From an uncultured Candidatus Saccharibacteria bacterium (GTDB taxonomy: Bacteria; Patescibacteriota; WWE3; UBA101185; UBA10185), in the NCBI GenBank assembly GCA_964387275.1, contig CAYLVW010000003.1, positions 45,796-109,795 on the forward strand: a stretch of DNA of 64,000 bases, written 5' to 3'. Each line of letters starts with the position of its first letter. Within the stretch, counting starts at the first letter, position 1. A program made the position numbers and the translations under genes. Positions 52,710 through 62,154 of this stretch are shown piece after piece. A model generated the notes under the pieces. That model ran no database searches, was not told where the DNA came from, and saw nothing but the letters and a program-made list of their open reading frames with translations.

Positions 52710-53022
52710 GTGAATAATAATACACCACTACACAAATAATTAACAAGCCTATAAGAACTAACACATCAGCCACATTGAAAGCAAACATATTAAAAAAGTT
52801 TAGGTTGTCTAAAACGCACTCACCATTTAGCCTAAAATAAGAGTTATAAGAACTACCGCCCAAAAAAAGAATAATACCCAGTAGGTAGAGTTTATTGGTC
52901 AAAAGCTTTTGAAACTGGTAAATAAAAAAAATAAAAGCTAAACCACAGACAAAAAGCAGATATTTAAATTCCAAATACCCAGACAAAAGATAAAAACAGT
53001 TATATGTCCCATCAATAAACAT
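52693..53022 (-). CDS. lspA: Short signal peptidase II (LspA)-like protein
   Basis: LFLGG..N...R....VLD...FNVAD, both catalytic Asp positions kept; N-terminus shorter than usual. Confidence 0.65.
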   Translation of the reverse strand: MFIDGTYNCFYLLSGYLEFKYLLFVCGLAFIFFIYQFQKLLTNKLYLLGIILFLGGSSYNSYFRLNGECVLDNLNFFNMFAFNVADVLVLIGLLIICVVVYYYSHGTTK

Positions 53023-53025
53023 TTA

Positions 53026-53958
53026 TTATTTACTGTGGGCAATACAAGTGGTAGCTTCTGGGAAGGCTTTTAAACGAGCTGTTTCTATAGGACTGTTACA
53101 AACCTCACATATCCCGTATTTACCTATTTTTAGTCTTGCTAAAGCTTTCCTAACGAGTACTTGCATAGAATTTACACTGGCTTTTTGCCTATCAATATCC
53201 TCTTTTCTAAGATCCTCTAAAATGGCTTCGTCTAACTCTTCTGAATTTCCAACTGCCCTATCGCCTTTTAAGTAAGGATCTTCCTCAGTAAGCTGTTTTT
53301 GCTCCTTGTCCAGTCTCTTTTCTTTATTAATTAGAGTATCTTTAAAAAATTTTAATAGTCCTTCGGAAAGTTTATTATTTGGCATATCTCGTTTAAACCT
53401 AAAATATAAATTAACTGTACTTAGTGTAACTAATATTAGGTAAAAGATCAAATATGGAACTGTGCGTATGATTGAAACACCAAGCAAAACCCCGACACAA
53501 ATAAAAAACGAAAAAATAATCCCGGATTTTAAACTTTTATCACGAAGTTTTGTAAATGTTACAACAGAAACAAAGTAGACAAAACTAATTATCAGATCTA
53601 GGGGTGCTTTATTAACAAAAAATTTCCCAAAAAAGTATACGAAAATACTTATAGACCAAGAGAGGCTAAATATATCCAGTACCCTAAAAACTGACCATCG
53701 CCAAAATCTCGACAATATAAAAATAGGAAGTAAAGCCCCAATAATGTAAGAATATACCCCAAGAGAACTAAATATAAACAATACTGAGGATAAGACTGAG
53801 GTTAGTATGAATAAGTCGAACAGTTTAAATTCTACGAAACCGTCCCTCCTACCTAGAAACCATACTACAAAAGAGGAAGTAAAAATACCTAAACCCCCGA
53901 AAACATATAGTGTCCTTAGTGAAAAAAATCCTAAATTTAAAATCTCAGGCAACTGCAT
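53026..53958 (-). CDS. Degenerate Lgt-like membrane domain fused in frame to a DksA/TraR-like zinc-finger domain
   Basis: PEILNLGFFSLRTLYVF and ..LDIFS.. resemble Lgt; C-terminus ALARLKIGKYGICEVC...ARLKAFPEATTCIAH. Confidence 0.75.
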   Translation of the reverse strand: MQLPEILNLGFFSLRTLYVFGGLGIFTSSFVVWFLGRRDGFVEFKLFDLFILTSVLSSVLFIFSSLGVYSYIIGALLPIFILSRFWRWSVFRVLDIFSLSWSISIFVYFFGKFFVNKAPLDLIISFVYFVSVVTFTKLRDKSLKSGIIFSFFICVGVLLGVSIIRTVPYLIFYLILVTLSTVNLYFRFKRDMPNNKLSEGLLKFFKDTLINKEKRLDKEQKQLTEEDPYLKGDRAVGNSEELDEAILEDLRKEDIDRQKASVNSMQVLVRKALARLKIGKYGICEVCNSPIETARLKAFPEATTCIAHSK

Positions 53959-53999
53959 ATAGGTATTATACCCTGTGTGAAAAGATAAGTATCTGCTGG

Positions 54000-54554
54000 T
54001 TAAGCCTTCTGTATGTACTCACCTGTCCTAGTATCCACCTTTATCTTATCTCCAATTTTTATAAAAGTAGGAACTTTTACCACTGCCCCATTGTGTAAAG
54101 TGGCGTCTTTTAGAACATTGCTTACTGTGTTTCCCTTAAATCCTGGCTCTGTATAGGTCACTTCAAATATTAACGTTATTGGCAGATCAACAGAAATAGG
54201 GTTATCTTCAAAATAAACTACCTGACAAATCTCGCCCTCAATTAAAAATCTCACGGCATCTCCGATAGCATCTTCAGTAATGTATATTTGCTCATAAGTG
54301 TCCGGATCCATGAAAACAAACCTATCACCCTCTTTATATAAATATTGCGCGTTCTTACGTCTAACGTCAGCCTCTTCCACTACCACAGAAGCGCCGTATC
54401 CTTTCTCCAAAACATTACCTGTAATGAGATTTCTAACCTTAACCTTCACATTAGCCCCACCTCTTGCTGATTTTATATGCTCATACCTTAGTACAATAAG
54501 TGGTTGGTTATCCTCTTTGTATATTTTTCCTGTTTTTAAATCTGAGGCTATCAT
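54000..54554 (-). CDS. efp: Elongation factor P
   Basis: ASDLKTG, QYLY, FMDPDTYEQ, TEPGFKGNT, VPTFIKIGDKIKVDTRTGEY. Confidence 0.95.
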   Translation of the reverse strand: MIASDLKTGKIYKEDNQPLIVLRYEHIKSARGGANVKVKVRNLITGNVLEKGYGASVVVEEADVRRKNAQYLYKEGDRFVFMDPDTYEQIYITEDAIGDAVRFLIEGEICQVVYFEDNPISVDLPITLIFEVTYTEPGFKGNTVSNVLKDATLHNGAVVKVPTFIKIGDKIKVDTRTGEYIQKA

Positions 54555-54577
54555 AACGCCAGCTATGATAACAGAAA

Positions 54578-54651
54578 TGGCGCGTCCTGGCAAAACTAAT
54601 ACAGCATTCGCGTTTTTTCGCAAAGGTGCTGTGTTTTGCCGGGCCGCGCCA
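54578..54651. terminator. Long GC-rich bulged hairpin between an orphan gene and efp
   Basis: TGGCGCG..CTGGCAAAAC..ACAGCA / TGCTGT.GTTTTGCCGG..CGCGCCA. Confidence 0.55.
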
Positions 54652-54663
54652 GGAAAACTGTTC

Positions 54664-55047
54664 CTAACTACTAATTAAAACTCCGTGATTAAGAAAAACT
54701 TCACGTAAACTCCTAAGTGCCTGCTGAGCAAAACTCTGAGGAAAACTAGTAAGCAAGGAACCGGGATCAACTGTAAATTTACCTTCAGCAATGGTATTCC
54801 CAGATCTTGAGGAAGAATGGAATTGAGAGCCTCTATAAATCCTTAGTGAAGCGTTTACCGGATGATAGCTAATATCTTGCTTAATAATCCACCCAAAGAC
54901 GGAAGTCAAAAAAGACCTACGAATCTTTAAAACCTCTCGCCAATACAAGATTTTAGGTAACCTAGGTAAAAGGCTAACATCCCCCAAGTTAAAAGCTTGA
55001 GACAAGCCATTATCAAGAGTTATAAGGACGATAGTTTCTCCTGACAT
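54664..55047 (-). CDS. Orphan protein
   Basis: 127-aa ORF with SD AGAGGAG. Confidence 0.6.
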   Translation of the reverse strand: MSGETIVLITLDNGLSQAFNLGDVSLLPRLPKILYWREVLKIRRSFLTSVFGWIIKQDISYHPVNASLRIYRGSQFHSSSRSGNTIAEGKFTVDPGSLLTSFPQSFAQQALRSLREVFLNHGVLISS

Positions 55048-55200
55048 CTTTCTCTCCTCTTTATAAACTAGGGTGTATGGTAATAAAAACTTGGTTTTTT
55101 TGCAAACTAATCAAAAGCTATTGGGATTAAAATAATACTATTAAATTAGGGGATCTTAGACACCCCAAGTCACTAAGCTCACCTTACCTGCTAAGTAACA

Positions 55201-55286
55201 TGGTGCCGTGAGTGAGAGTCGAACTCACACGGGATTGCTCCCAGTGGTTTTTGAGACCACCGCGTATACCATTCCGCCACCACGGC
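55201..55286 (-). tRNA. tRNA-Leu(CAA)
   Basis: GCCGTGG acceptor stem, anticodon arm GTGGT-CTCAAAA-ACCAC, long variable arm, GTTCGAC T-loop, encoded CCA. Confidence 0.96.
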
Positions 55287-55374
55287 AAAATATCTAGAAC
55301 GGGACAATTTTACCATAGTAGCCTGTTGTGACAATACATACCTTACTGATACTATCTGAGATTTAAATAAATCA

Positions 55375-56742
55375 TTAATTCTGAGAACGCTCAACCTCGT
55401 AGAACTTTGTCCTGTTACCCTTAAAAAATAAGTCAATCTCTCCAGTAGCACCGTTTCTGTGCTTTGCAATTAGTAGCTTATAATTTTCCCTATCTTCTTC
55501 GTTTGGTCTATATAGGAACATGACAACGTCTGCATCTTGCTCAATGGATCCTGAATCCCTCAAGTCTGAAAGCTGTGGTTTTTTATCTCCGCCCCTCTGC
55601 TCAACAGCTCTGGATAACTGGGAAAGCGCTACCACGGGAACCTTTAGTTCCCTAGCTAAATTCTTAAGAGACTGAGATATTTCTGAAACTTCTTGAACTC
55701 TACTGTCTAAATTTCTGCCTTTAACAAGCTGGAGATAATCAACAACAATTAAGCCTATTTTATGTTCCAATTGGAGCCTTCTGGCTTTAGTTCGCATCTC
55801 CATAACACCTATACCAGGAGTGTCATCTATAAAAATAGGTGCCTCTGCAAGCTCTCCTGCGGCGATGCCATACTTTTCAAAATCTTCTGGTTCAAGATTA
55901 CCTGTTGATATCTTCCAGTTATCAATACTCCCCTGCGCAGATATCATACGATCTACTATGGATTCCCTACCCATTTCCAGTGAAAAAACAGCTACCGGTA
56001 TTTTGTGCTCTACCGCTGCATATTGTGCGGCATTAATGGCCAAAGATGTCTTACCAACAGAGGGTCTTGCTGCAAGTATTATCAAGTTTTCTTTCTGAAA
56101 CCCAGACAACATCTTATCCAAAATTTTAAGTCCTGTGGGAGTACCTCTAAGAGCGCCTCTTGTTTTACTAAGCTCATCCAACCTTTCAAAAGTAACCTCC
56201 AGAGTATCCTTAACATGTACAAAGTCTTGATGCATTCGATCCTGGGATACTGAGTATAACAATTGCTCAGAACGATCTAGTAGCTCGTCAATCTCGGGCT
56301 CTGTATATACCATATCATTAATTTGAGCCGCCATTCCAATAAGTGCTCTCTTTACAGCGTGGTCTTTAATAAGTTTTGCGTAGTACTCAACATTTCCTGC
56401 AGTTGGTACAAAATTCACTAGTTCGGATAAATAAGTTACTCCCCCACTTTCTTCTAACTTATTTAATTTCTTTAATTCGCCAGGAACAGTTATTAAGTCA
56501 GGTGGCTCCCTTCTCTCATAAAGATTTAGGATTGCAGTATAGATATTTTGATGTGAGGTTTTGTAAAAATGCTCGGGTCTTAAAAACTCCACCACTTTTA
56601 TCATCGCATCTTTATCAATTAACAAAGCACCAATGACTGATTTCTCAGCGTCGAGATCATGCGGAGGCAAACCGTGCCCCTGAATATTTAATCTCGCATT
56701 TTCGTCATATACTTTTTTGGTGTTTTTTTGTACTTTAGGCAT
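55375..56742 (-). CDS. dnaB: Replicative DNA helicase DnaB
   Basis: PPHDLDAEKSVIG, AARPSVGKT, VDYLQL, LSQLSR, DLRDSGSIEQDAD, KHRNG. Confidence 0.97.
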   Translation of the reverse strand: MPKVQKNTKKVYDENARLNIQGHGLPPHDLDAEKSVIGALLIDKDAMIKVVEFLRPEHFYKTSHQNIYTAILNLYERREPPDLITVPGELKKLNKLEESGGVTYLSELVNFVPTAGNVEYYAKLIKDHAVKRALIGMAAQINDMVYTEPEIDELLDRSEQLLYSVSQDRMHQDFVHVKDTLEVTFERLDELSKTRGALRGTPTGLKILDKMLSGFQKENLIILAARPSVGKTSLAINAAQYAAVEHKIPVAVFSLEMGRESIVDRMISAQGSIDNWKISTGNLEPEDFEKYGIAAGELAEAPIFIDDTPGIGVMEMRTKARRLQLEHKIGLIVVDYLQLVKGRNLDSRVQEVSEISQSLKNLARELKVPVVALSQLSRAVEQRGGDKKPQLSDLRDSGSIEQDADVVMFLYRPNEEDRENYKLLIAKHRNGATGEIDLFFKGNRTKFYEVERSQN

Positions 56743-56830
56743 AGATGTTTGCAACAACTATCTTAATATAGCCGTACAGATTTTATTTTTCAAGACAACT
56801 TTGGCAGTTAATATACAATGAGGCACTAAT

Positions 56831-57484
56831 TTAGTGAGTAGGTATCAAAACTACTACTTCTGTTTCGTCTGGGATATCTGATTTACCAGAAACTTTTAGT
56901 TTTTCTACCGGTTTTAGCCCATCCTCACCCATTTCATGTAAAAATTTTTCAATGCCATCCATTTTTTCAGGAATACCTACAAGATCGGGGGTCTGGTAGT
57001 GCATTGGTAAAACGTATCCAGGCTCGATACTTGAAATTACTTTGGAAGCAAGTTTAGAATCAATCGTAAAAACCCCACCGACAGGAATCATAAGTACATC
57101 TATTTCAGGTAATCTCTCTAAGGTCTCTTTTGAAAGCTCGTGACCTAAATCTCCTAAATGTAACAAATTAAAACCATCGGCTTCAATAAGAAATATAGTG
57201 TTCTTACCCCTTATGGAACCATCACTTAAATCATGAAAGGTAGAAATGCCCACCACCGAAACGTCCAAAGCTTCAAACTCACCGGGAGTAGTAATAGCTA
57301 GCTTGGAGATAGCAAGTCCAGAAACGTTAGAGTGATCTGGATGCGAATGACTAACTGTAACTAAATCGGCTTCTAACTTAGGAAGCCTATAACCAAGCAT
57401 CTTTGGGTCGTATGGGTCAGTAACTATAATTGCAGATTTGGTTTTGATTTTAAAACAGGAATGCCCTATATATGTAATTTCCAT
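56831..57484 (-). CDS. MBL-fold metallo-hydrolase
   Basis: GHSCF, TDPY, SHSHPDH, HLGDLGH, IPVGG, PMHY. Confidence 0.9.
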   Translation of the reverse strand: MEITYIGHSCFKIKTKSAIIVTDPYDPKMLGYRLPKLEADLVTVSHSHPDHSNVSGLAISKLAITTPGEFEALDVSVVGISTFHDLSDGSIRGKNTIFLIEADGFNLLHLGDLGHELSKETLERLPEIDVLMIPVGGVFTIDSKLASKVISSIEPGYVLPMHYQTPDLVGIPEKMDGIEKFLHEMGEDGLKPVEKLKVSGKSDIPDETEVVVLIPTH

Positions 57485-57686
57485 TGCTGTATCTTAGCAA
57501 ATGTTTTTAGATCTTTCTACATAAATATCGGTAAATGAATACTTTGTGGACTAAAGTTTAACCACTCTTTCTTTATTGTTGGTCAATTTCAGGTCCGTAG
57601 CCCCCCCCCAGACTAAAACCCAAACCTAGCAACTCTACAAAAACAAACTAACTTTTGCTATATTATTCAAAATAAGGGAGAACAAA

Positions 57687-58046
57687 ATGCAATCCACTGT
57701 GTTTGTAAACACGGAGAACTGCAAATTAAGTAGGATTACGGCTGGCCTTACTTTAACTGAAGCGTGTGAACAACTAGACAACGTTAAAAAATACCGTATA
57801 TCAACTACCCCAAGAGGAATTAAGTGCATAGGAATAAGGACAGAGTTTGATGTAAAAGTGTTTGGTATGTTTATACAAGGCACTAATCCAGATCTTGGAA
57901 TTGTTGAACAAGTATTAGACAGACGTTTTAAGGTTCACCGATTTAAGCTAGAGATGGACAAAGAAACCAGACAGCATATTCTATCCCTGCCTTGGGGGGA
58001 CAGACTTGTTAGAATACTAGATAAATATGTCTCAGAAGTGGAATAA
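57687..58046 (+). CDS. Orphan protein, paralog family member 1
   Basis: SD AAGGGAG; KVFGMFI...DLGIV...PWGD shared with neighbours. Confidence 0.7.
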   Translation: MQSTVFVNTENCKLSRITAGLTLTEACEQLDNVKKYRISTTPRGIKCIGIRTEFDVKVFGMFIQGTNPDLGIVEQVLDRRFKVHRFKLEMDKETRQHILSLPWGDRLVRILDKYVSEVE

Positions 58047-58157
58047 GTAGTGGATCTGGCGTCTTTTGATTTCAAGTTTCAAAAACCCAAAGTATAAAGT
58101 GGTAGTGTACCTACTCTACCCCGATATAATCAATATTCATCACAGCAAGAGGAAAAA

Positions 58158-58571
58158 ATGAAAAACTTTGGGGCAAGATCTGCACTATTTATCCTTAAAG
58201 AAGCCGATGAGTACAATGGAGATAGAGAACCAAAGCTTGCTTTAACTGCAGTACGTAAGAGACTAGAAGAAGTTGTGTCGTGGTATAGAGATGGTAGGTA
58301 TAAAAACATACAGATTGATTTAAGAGCCGAAAAGAAGTTCGATGGTATATACCTACTGTTCCGGGGACAAAAAGTCTTTGGGATATATCTTGTAGGAGAG
58401 ATTAAATCCAGAGAGCTGGGAATTGTACTTAGAGATCTTTATAAGGTAATGCATTTTAACCTAGTTATGAGAAGATCCGAAAGCTATTTGCTGGAAGGTT
58501 TTTGGGGCAAAGGTTTTATGGATGTTATCAGCCATTATAAGAGAGATCAACGGGTGTGGTTTGCCAGGTAA
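58158..58571 (+). CDS. Orphan protein, paralog family member 2
   Basis: SD AGAGGA, upstream TATAAT; KVFGIYL...ELGIV...FWGK. Confidence 0.7.
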   Translation: MKNFGARSALFILKEADEYNGDREPKLALTAVRKRLEEVVSWYRDGRYKNIQIDLRAEKKFDGIYLLFRGQKVFGIYLVGEIKSRELGIVLRDLYKVMHFNLVMRRSESYLLEGFWGKGFMDVISHYKRDQRVWFAR

Positions 58572-58587
58572 GTTTTAGGAGGTAGGT

Positions 58588-58625
58588 AGGCGGGGCCAGT
58601 TTTCTAAAGTAAACTGGCCCCGCCT
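58588..58625. terminator. GC-rich hairpin shared by convergent orphan genes
   Basis: AGGCGGGGCCAGTTT-8 nt-AAACTGGCCCCGCCT, 15-bp perfect stem. Confidence 0.75.
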
Positions 58626-58658
58626 CAACAAAACAAACACTAAAATCTTAATAAACGC

Positions 58659-59084
58659 TCAAGTATATAAAGGAGTATATCTCTCAAAAACCTCCGACCT
58701 TAGCAAATCCTTAATCTGGAAATCCCAATAATTGTAAATTGTTTCCAAATAGAGAGGTTGAATCTCAATTACAAAATCTAAATGACCGTAAATTGTTTGC
58801 AAAAGTTCAACAAATCTCGGAATATCGGGTCTTCTGGTAACACCCTTATTGGTAATGTCACAAATGTAAATCCCACAAACATTTTCGAATAGGTCCCTTG
58901 TCCTGGCAGGTCTATAAACAAATACTCCATACCCAACAGATTTAATAACAAACTCTTCAGCATTTGATAACCGAAGCTTACGACGGCACATGCTCTCAAA
59001 ATCATCTATAGAAAGACCTGGCTTAATACCGGTGTACCTATGAACAGGATTTTCAGGAAAACAAACAAAACCAAAACTTCGCAT
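58659..59084 (-). CDS. Orphan protein, probable paralog family member 3
   Basis: SD GAGGAGG; NVCGIYI...HLDFVIE...YWD. Confidence 0.65.
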   Translation of the reverse strand: MRSFGFVCFPENPVHRYTGIKPGLSIDDFESMCRRKLRLSNAEEFVIKSVGYGVFVYRPARTRDLFENVCGIYICDITNKGVTRRPDIPRFVELLQTIYGHLDFVIEIQPLYLETIYNYWDFQIKDLLRSEVFERYTPLYT

Positions 59085-59189
59085 CCTTCCCTCCTCTGAA
59101 TTTAATTTTTATACACCAAAATACGCTCAATTTAAAGATCTAAGCCGTGGTTACTTCATTTTTTTTTCTAAATAGACTATTATAGCCGT

Positions 59190-60557
59190 ATGAATGACAA
59201 AGGAAATGATGTAAAACAAAATAAAAGCCTCACTCCACAACCCTATAAAGGTGCACGAGATTTCTATCCAAAAGACATGGAAATAAGAAATTTTATTTTT
59301 AATACATGGAAAGCGGTGTTAGTAAAATATGGCTATGAAGAATATGACTTCCCTATTTTGGAACCCTTGGAGATATTTGCTGCAAAATCAGGTGAAGAAA
59401 TAATCAGCGAACAACTTTTCAGCTTCCAAGACAAGGCTGGAAGAAAACTTGCCATAAGACCTGAACTCACACCAGGTACTGTTAGACTCATAGTCCAAAG
59501 ATATAAAGAGCTTCCACAACCAATAAAATGGTTCATGATAGGAAACAACTGGAGATACGAAAAACCACAACAAGGAAGAGGTAGGGAGTTCAATCAGTTA
59601 GAAGTAAATATATTTGGGGTTGATAGCAACTTAGCAGACCTGGAGATATTCTCACTAATAATCGAGCTTATGAAAGCTTTTGGCGCCGATGAAAACATGT
59701 TTGAGGTTGAAGTTAGCGATAGAAGATTAATTAATGCCCTACTTTCAGAAACCTTGAAACTACCTCAAGAAAAACAAGTTCTGGTCAGAAGAATCATGGA
59801 CAAAAGAACTAAAGTATCAAAAGAAGACTTTTACACCATGCTAAAAGAATTAGGTTTAAATGAAAGCGAATGTGAAAAGATTGATCTTTTTCTGTACTCA
59901 AATTTAAACTCACTTCAAAGTGTTATTTCAGGAAGTATCTTAGAATCCAATCAAGGTTATATAAATATCCTAAACTTGTTCGAAAAGCTTAAAAAAGTAG
60001 GACTTGATAAATACTGTAGGTTTGACCCGTCAATAATTAGAGGTTTTGACTACAGTGATGGTCTGGTATATGAGGTATATGACAAAAATCAAGAAAATAA
60101 AAGATCTATGTTTGGGGGTGAAAGATTTGATAAGTTAGCCAATATTTTTGGAGAATATTCCTTACCAGCAACTGGATTTGCAATGGGAGATTATACACTG
60201 CTAGAGTTTCTAAGAAACTGGAAGCTACTACCTGAATTTATACCAAAAACAGAGTACTTGGTCACAATATGGCCCGGTGCTAAAGAAGAAGTAGATGATA
60301 AATACTTCTCTGCTTCTTATAAAGCTGCAGAAAAACTAAGGAATAAAGGATTTACAACTATGCTTTGGAATGACCCTAAAACTAAAATAGACAAACAACT
60401 TAAATACGCTGACAAAAAGGGGATACCTTTTGTTGTAATAATTGGAGATTCTGAAATCGAAAACGAAAAGATTACAGTTAAAAATCTTAACAATGAAACG
60501 CAAGGAACTTTTAGCTATGATGAATTTTTCACTGAAATAGAAAAAAAGTCAAAATAA
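59190..60557 (+). CDS. hisS: Histidyl-tRNA synthetase
   Basis: KGARDFYP, LAIRPELT, WRYEKPQQGRGREFNQ, IRGFDY, KQLKYAD. Confidence 0.96.
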   Translation: MNDKGNDVKQNKSLTPQPYKGARDFYPKDMEIRNFIFNTWKAVLVKYGYEEYDFPILEPLEIFAAKSGEEIISEQLFSFQDKAGRKLAIRPELTPGTVRLIVQRYKELPQPIKWFMIGNNWRYEKPQQGRGREFNQLEVNIFGVDSNLADLEIFSLIIELMKAFGADENMFEVEVSDRRLINALLSETLKLPQEKQVLVRRIMDKRTKVSKEDFYTMLKELGLNESECEKIDLFLYSNLNSLQSVISGSILESNQGYINILNLFEKLKKVGLDKYCRFDPSIIRGFDYSDGLVYEVYDKNQENKRSMFGGERFDKLANIFGEYSLPATGFAMGDYTLLEFLRNWKLLPEFIPKTEYLVTIWPGAKEEVDDKYFSASYKAAEKLRNKGFTTMLWNDPKTKIDKQLKYADKKGIPFVVIIGDSEIENEKITVKNLNNETQGTFSYDEFFTEIEKKSK

Positions 60558-60613
60558 CCTAAACACCAAATATACCCTTTCTCGAATAATCAAAATCCAC
60601 TATCATTTAAGAT

Positions 60614-61609
60614 ATGGCAAAAAAACTACCCAAAAACCTGCAAATAGCCTTTATAGCATTAATAATTGCCCACATTCTTTGGGGAGCAGCTACACCAATA
60701 ATTAAAATTACTCTAAATGAAATACCTCCATTTACGTTTTTGTTTCTAAGATTCTTGCTTGTAGGAATAATATGCCTTCCGTTTTTGTATCTGGAGTTGA
60801 AAAATAACCCAGTCAATAAAAAAGACATACCTAATTTAGTAATTTTAGGGCTATTGGGGCAATCAAGTTTAATACTGCTTTTTATAGGTCTTAATTACAC
60901 AACTACAATAGATGCAGCTATATTAAGTGTATTTTCGCCTCTTTTTGCCATAATAGCCGGTCATCACTTTTTTAATGAAAAAGTTAATGAAAAAGTTAAA
61001 TTTGGCGTAGCTCTTGCTACATTGGGCACTAGTGTTGTAATTTTTGAGCCTCTTTTTTCTACAACAACATCAACTGTACCGTTTCATTTAAGAATCACGG
61101 GTGACTTACTTATTATTTTATATAATGTAGCGTTTACGGCCTTTATCCTATGGTCAAAAATGGTAATGGGGCAAAAGTCTTTAGTATTAAAAGATGAGTT
61201 AAAACATTTAAAAATTAAACCAATGCACAAAACTTACCACCCAAATTTAATAACCTTAATAACTTTCTATATAGCGTTAGCGAGTTTTATACCTTTCTCA
61301 CTTCTTGAAGTATTTGGATATCTTGGTGGAAATCCCTTTCATATAGGTATGGTGGATAAATGGGGGGTGCTGGGAATAATATATATGGCTATATTCTCAT
61401 CAATAGTTGCCTACCTTCTGTTTCAATGGGGACTTGAAGAATCCAGCGTTGCAGACACAGCTATCCTGGGGTATTTAACACCAATATTTACCCTACCCTT
61501 TTCATTTATTTTATTGAGTGAGATACCAACGTCTCTTAACATAGTAGGAATGGTTATAATTATGGTGGGTGTATTTATATCAGAGCGCTATAAAACAACA
61601 GCCAAATGA
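60614..61609 (+). CDS. DMT/EamA family transporter
   Basis: LWG...P...F.RF; GLNYTT...A; SSIVAYLLF; two EamA repeats. Confidence 0.88.
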   Translation: MAKKLPKNLQIAFIALIIAHILWGAATPIIKITLNEIPPFTFLFLRFLLVGIICLPFLYLELKNNPVNKKDIPNLVILGLLGQSSLILLFIGLNYTTTIDAAILSVFSPLFAIIAGHHFFNEKVNEKVKFGVALATLGTSVVIFEPLFSTTTSTVPFHLRITGDLLIILYNVAFTAFILWSKMVMGQKSLVLKDELKHLKIKPMHKTYHPNLITLITFYIALASFIPFSLLEVFGYLGGNPFHIGMVDKWGVLGIIYMAIFSSIVAYLLFQWGLEESSVADTAILGYLTPIFTLPFSFILLSEIPTSLNIVGMVIIMVGVFISERYKTTAK

Positions 61610-61756
61610 AGAAGCCGCAACTAAGTCTAGGTTGTTAATAGTGAGTAATAGAAAAGTTCATAGAAGAAGCAGTAATACCAAACCAACTACAAAAATAAAC
61701 CCCATAATTGCCCTTGCAAAGCCTTTTTTAACCTGTTATACTCGCATTTGCGATTT

Positions 61757-62104
61757 ATGAAAGACACTATACACCCACAAGTTCATACAGACTGTGTTGT
61801 CACATGTGTTTGTGGCAGCTCATTCACTACAATATCCACTAAAAAAACTATATCAGTGGAAATCTGCTCTAAATGCCATCCCTTTTATACAGGCCAACAA
61901 AAGTTTGTAGATACAGAAGGTAGAATTGATAAATTCGCTAAAAAAGTGAAGCTGGCACAAGATAAACAAGAAGCTACACAAAAAGTAAAAGCTGCTAAAA
62001 AAACCAAGAAAATGGAAGCCCAAACCAAAGCACCAGAACAAAAAGTATCCCTTAAAGATATCCTAAAACAAGCAAAAGAGTCTTCAAAAGAAGAAAGTAA
62101 TTAG
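61757..62104 (+). CDS. rpmE: 50S ribosomal protein L31 (Zn-binding form, Lys-rich extension)
   Basis: MKDTIHP...CVCG...[12 protein letters not shown]...DTEGRIDKF. Confidence 0.95.
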   Translation: MKDTIHPQVHTDCVVTCVCGSSFTTISTKKTISVEICSKCHPFYTGQQKFVDTEGRIDKFAKKVKLAQDKQEATQKVKAAKKTKKMEAQTKAPEQKVSLKDILKQAKESSKEESN

Positions 62105-62154
62105 ATAAATCCCATACCTAACCAGTATAGTAGTGTAATTGGTAAACTATCCAT

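Noticed and set aside
54664-55286. tRNA-Leu as an integration site for the adjacent orphan
   Set aside because: I could not find a duplicated tRNA 3' end (att scar) downstream
55191-55469. 92-aa ORF in the track
   Set aside because: Overlaps tRNA-Leu and the end of dnaB; spurious
32337-58625. Orphan 3' hairpins as integron attC sites
   Set aside because: No consistent RYYYAAC/GTTRRRY boxes, no cassette array, and the recombinase lacks the IntI-specific insertion; only the 54578 hairpin has a loose AAC...GTT flank
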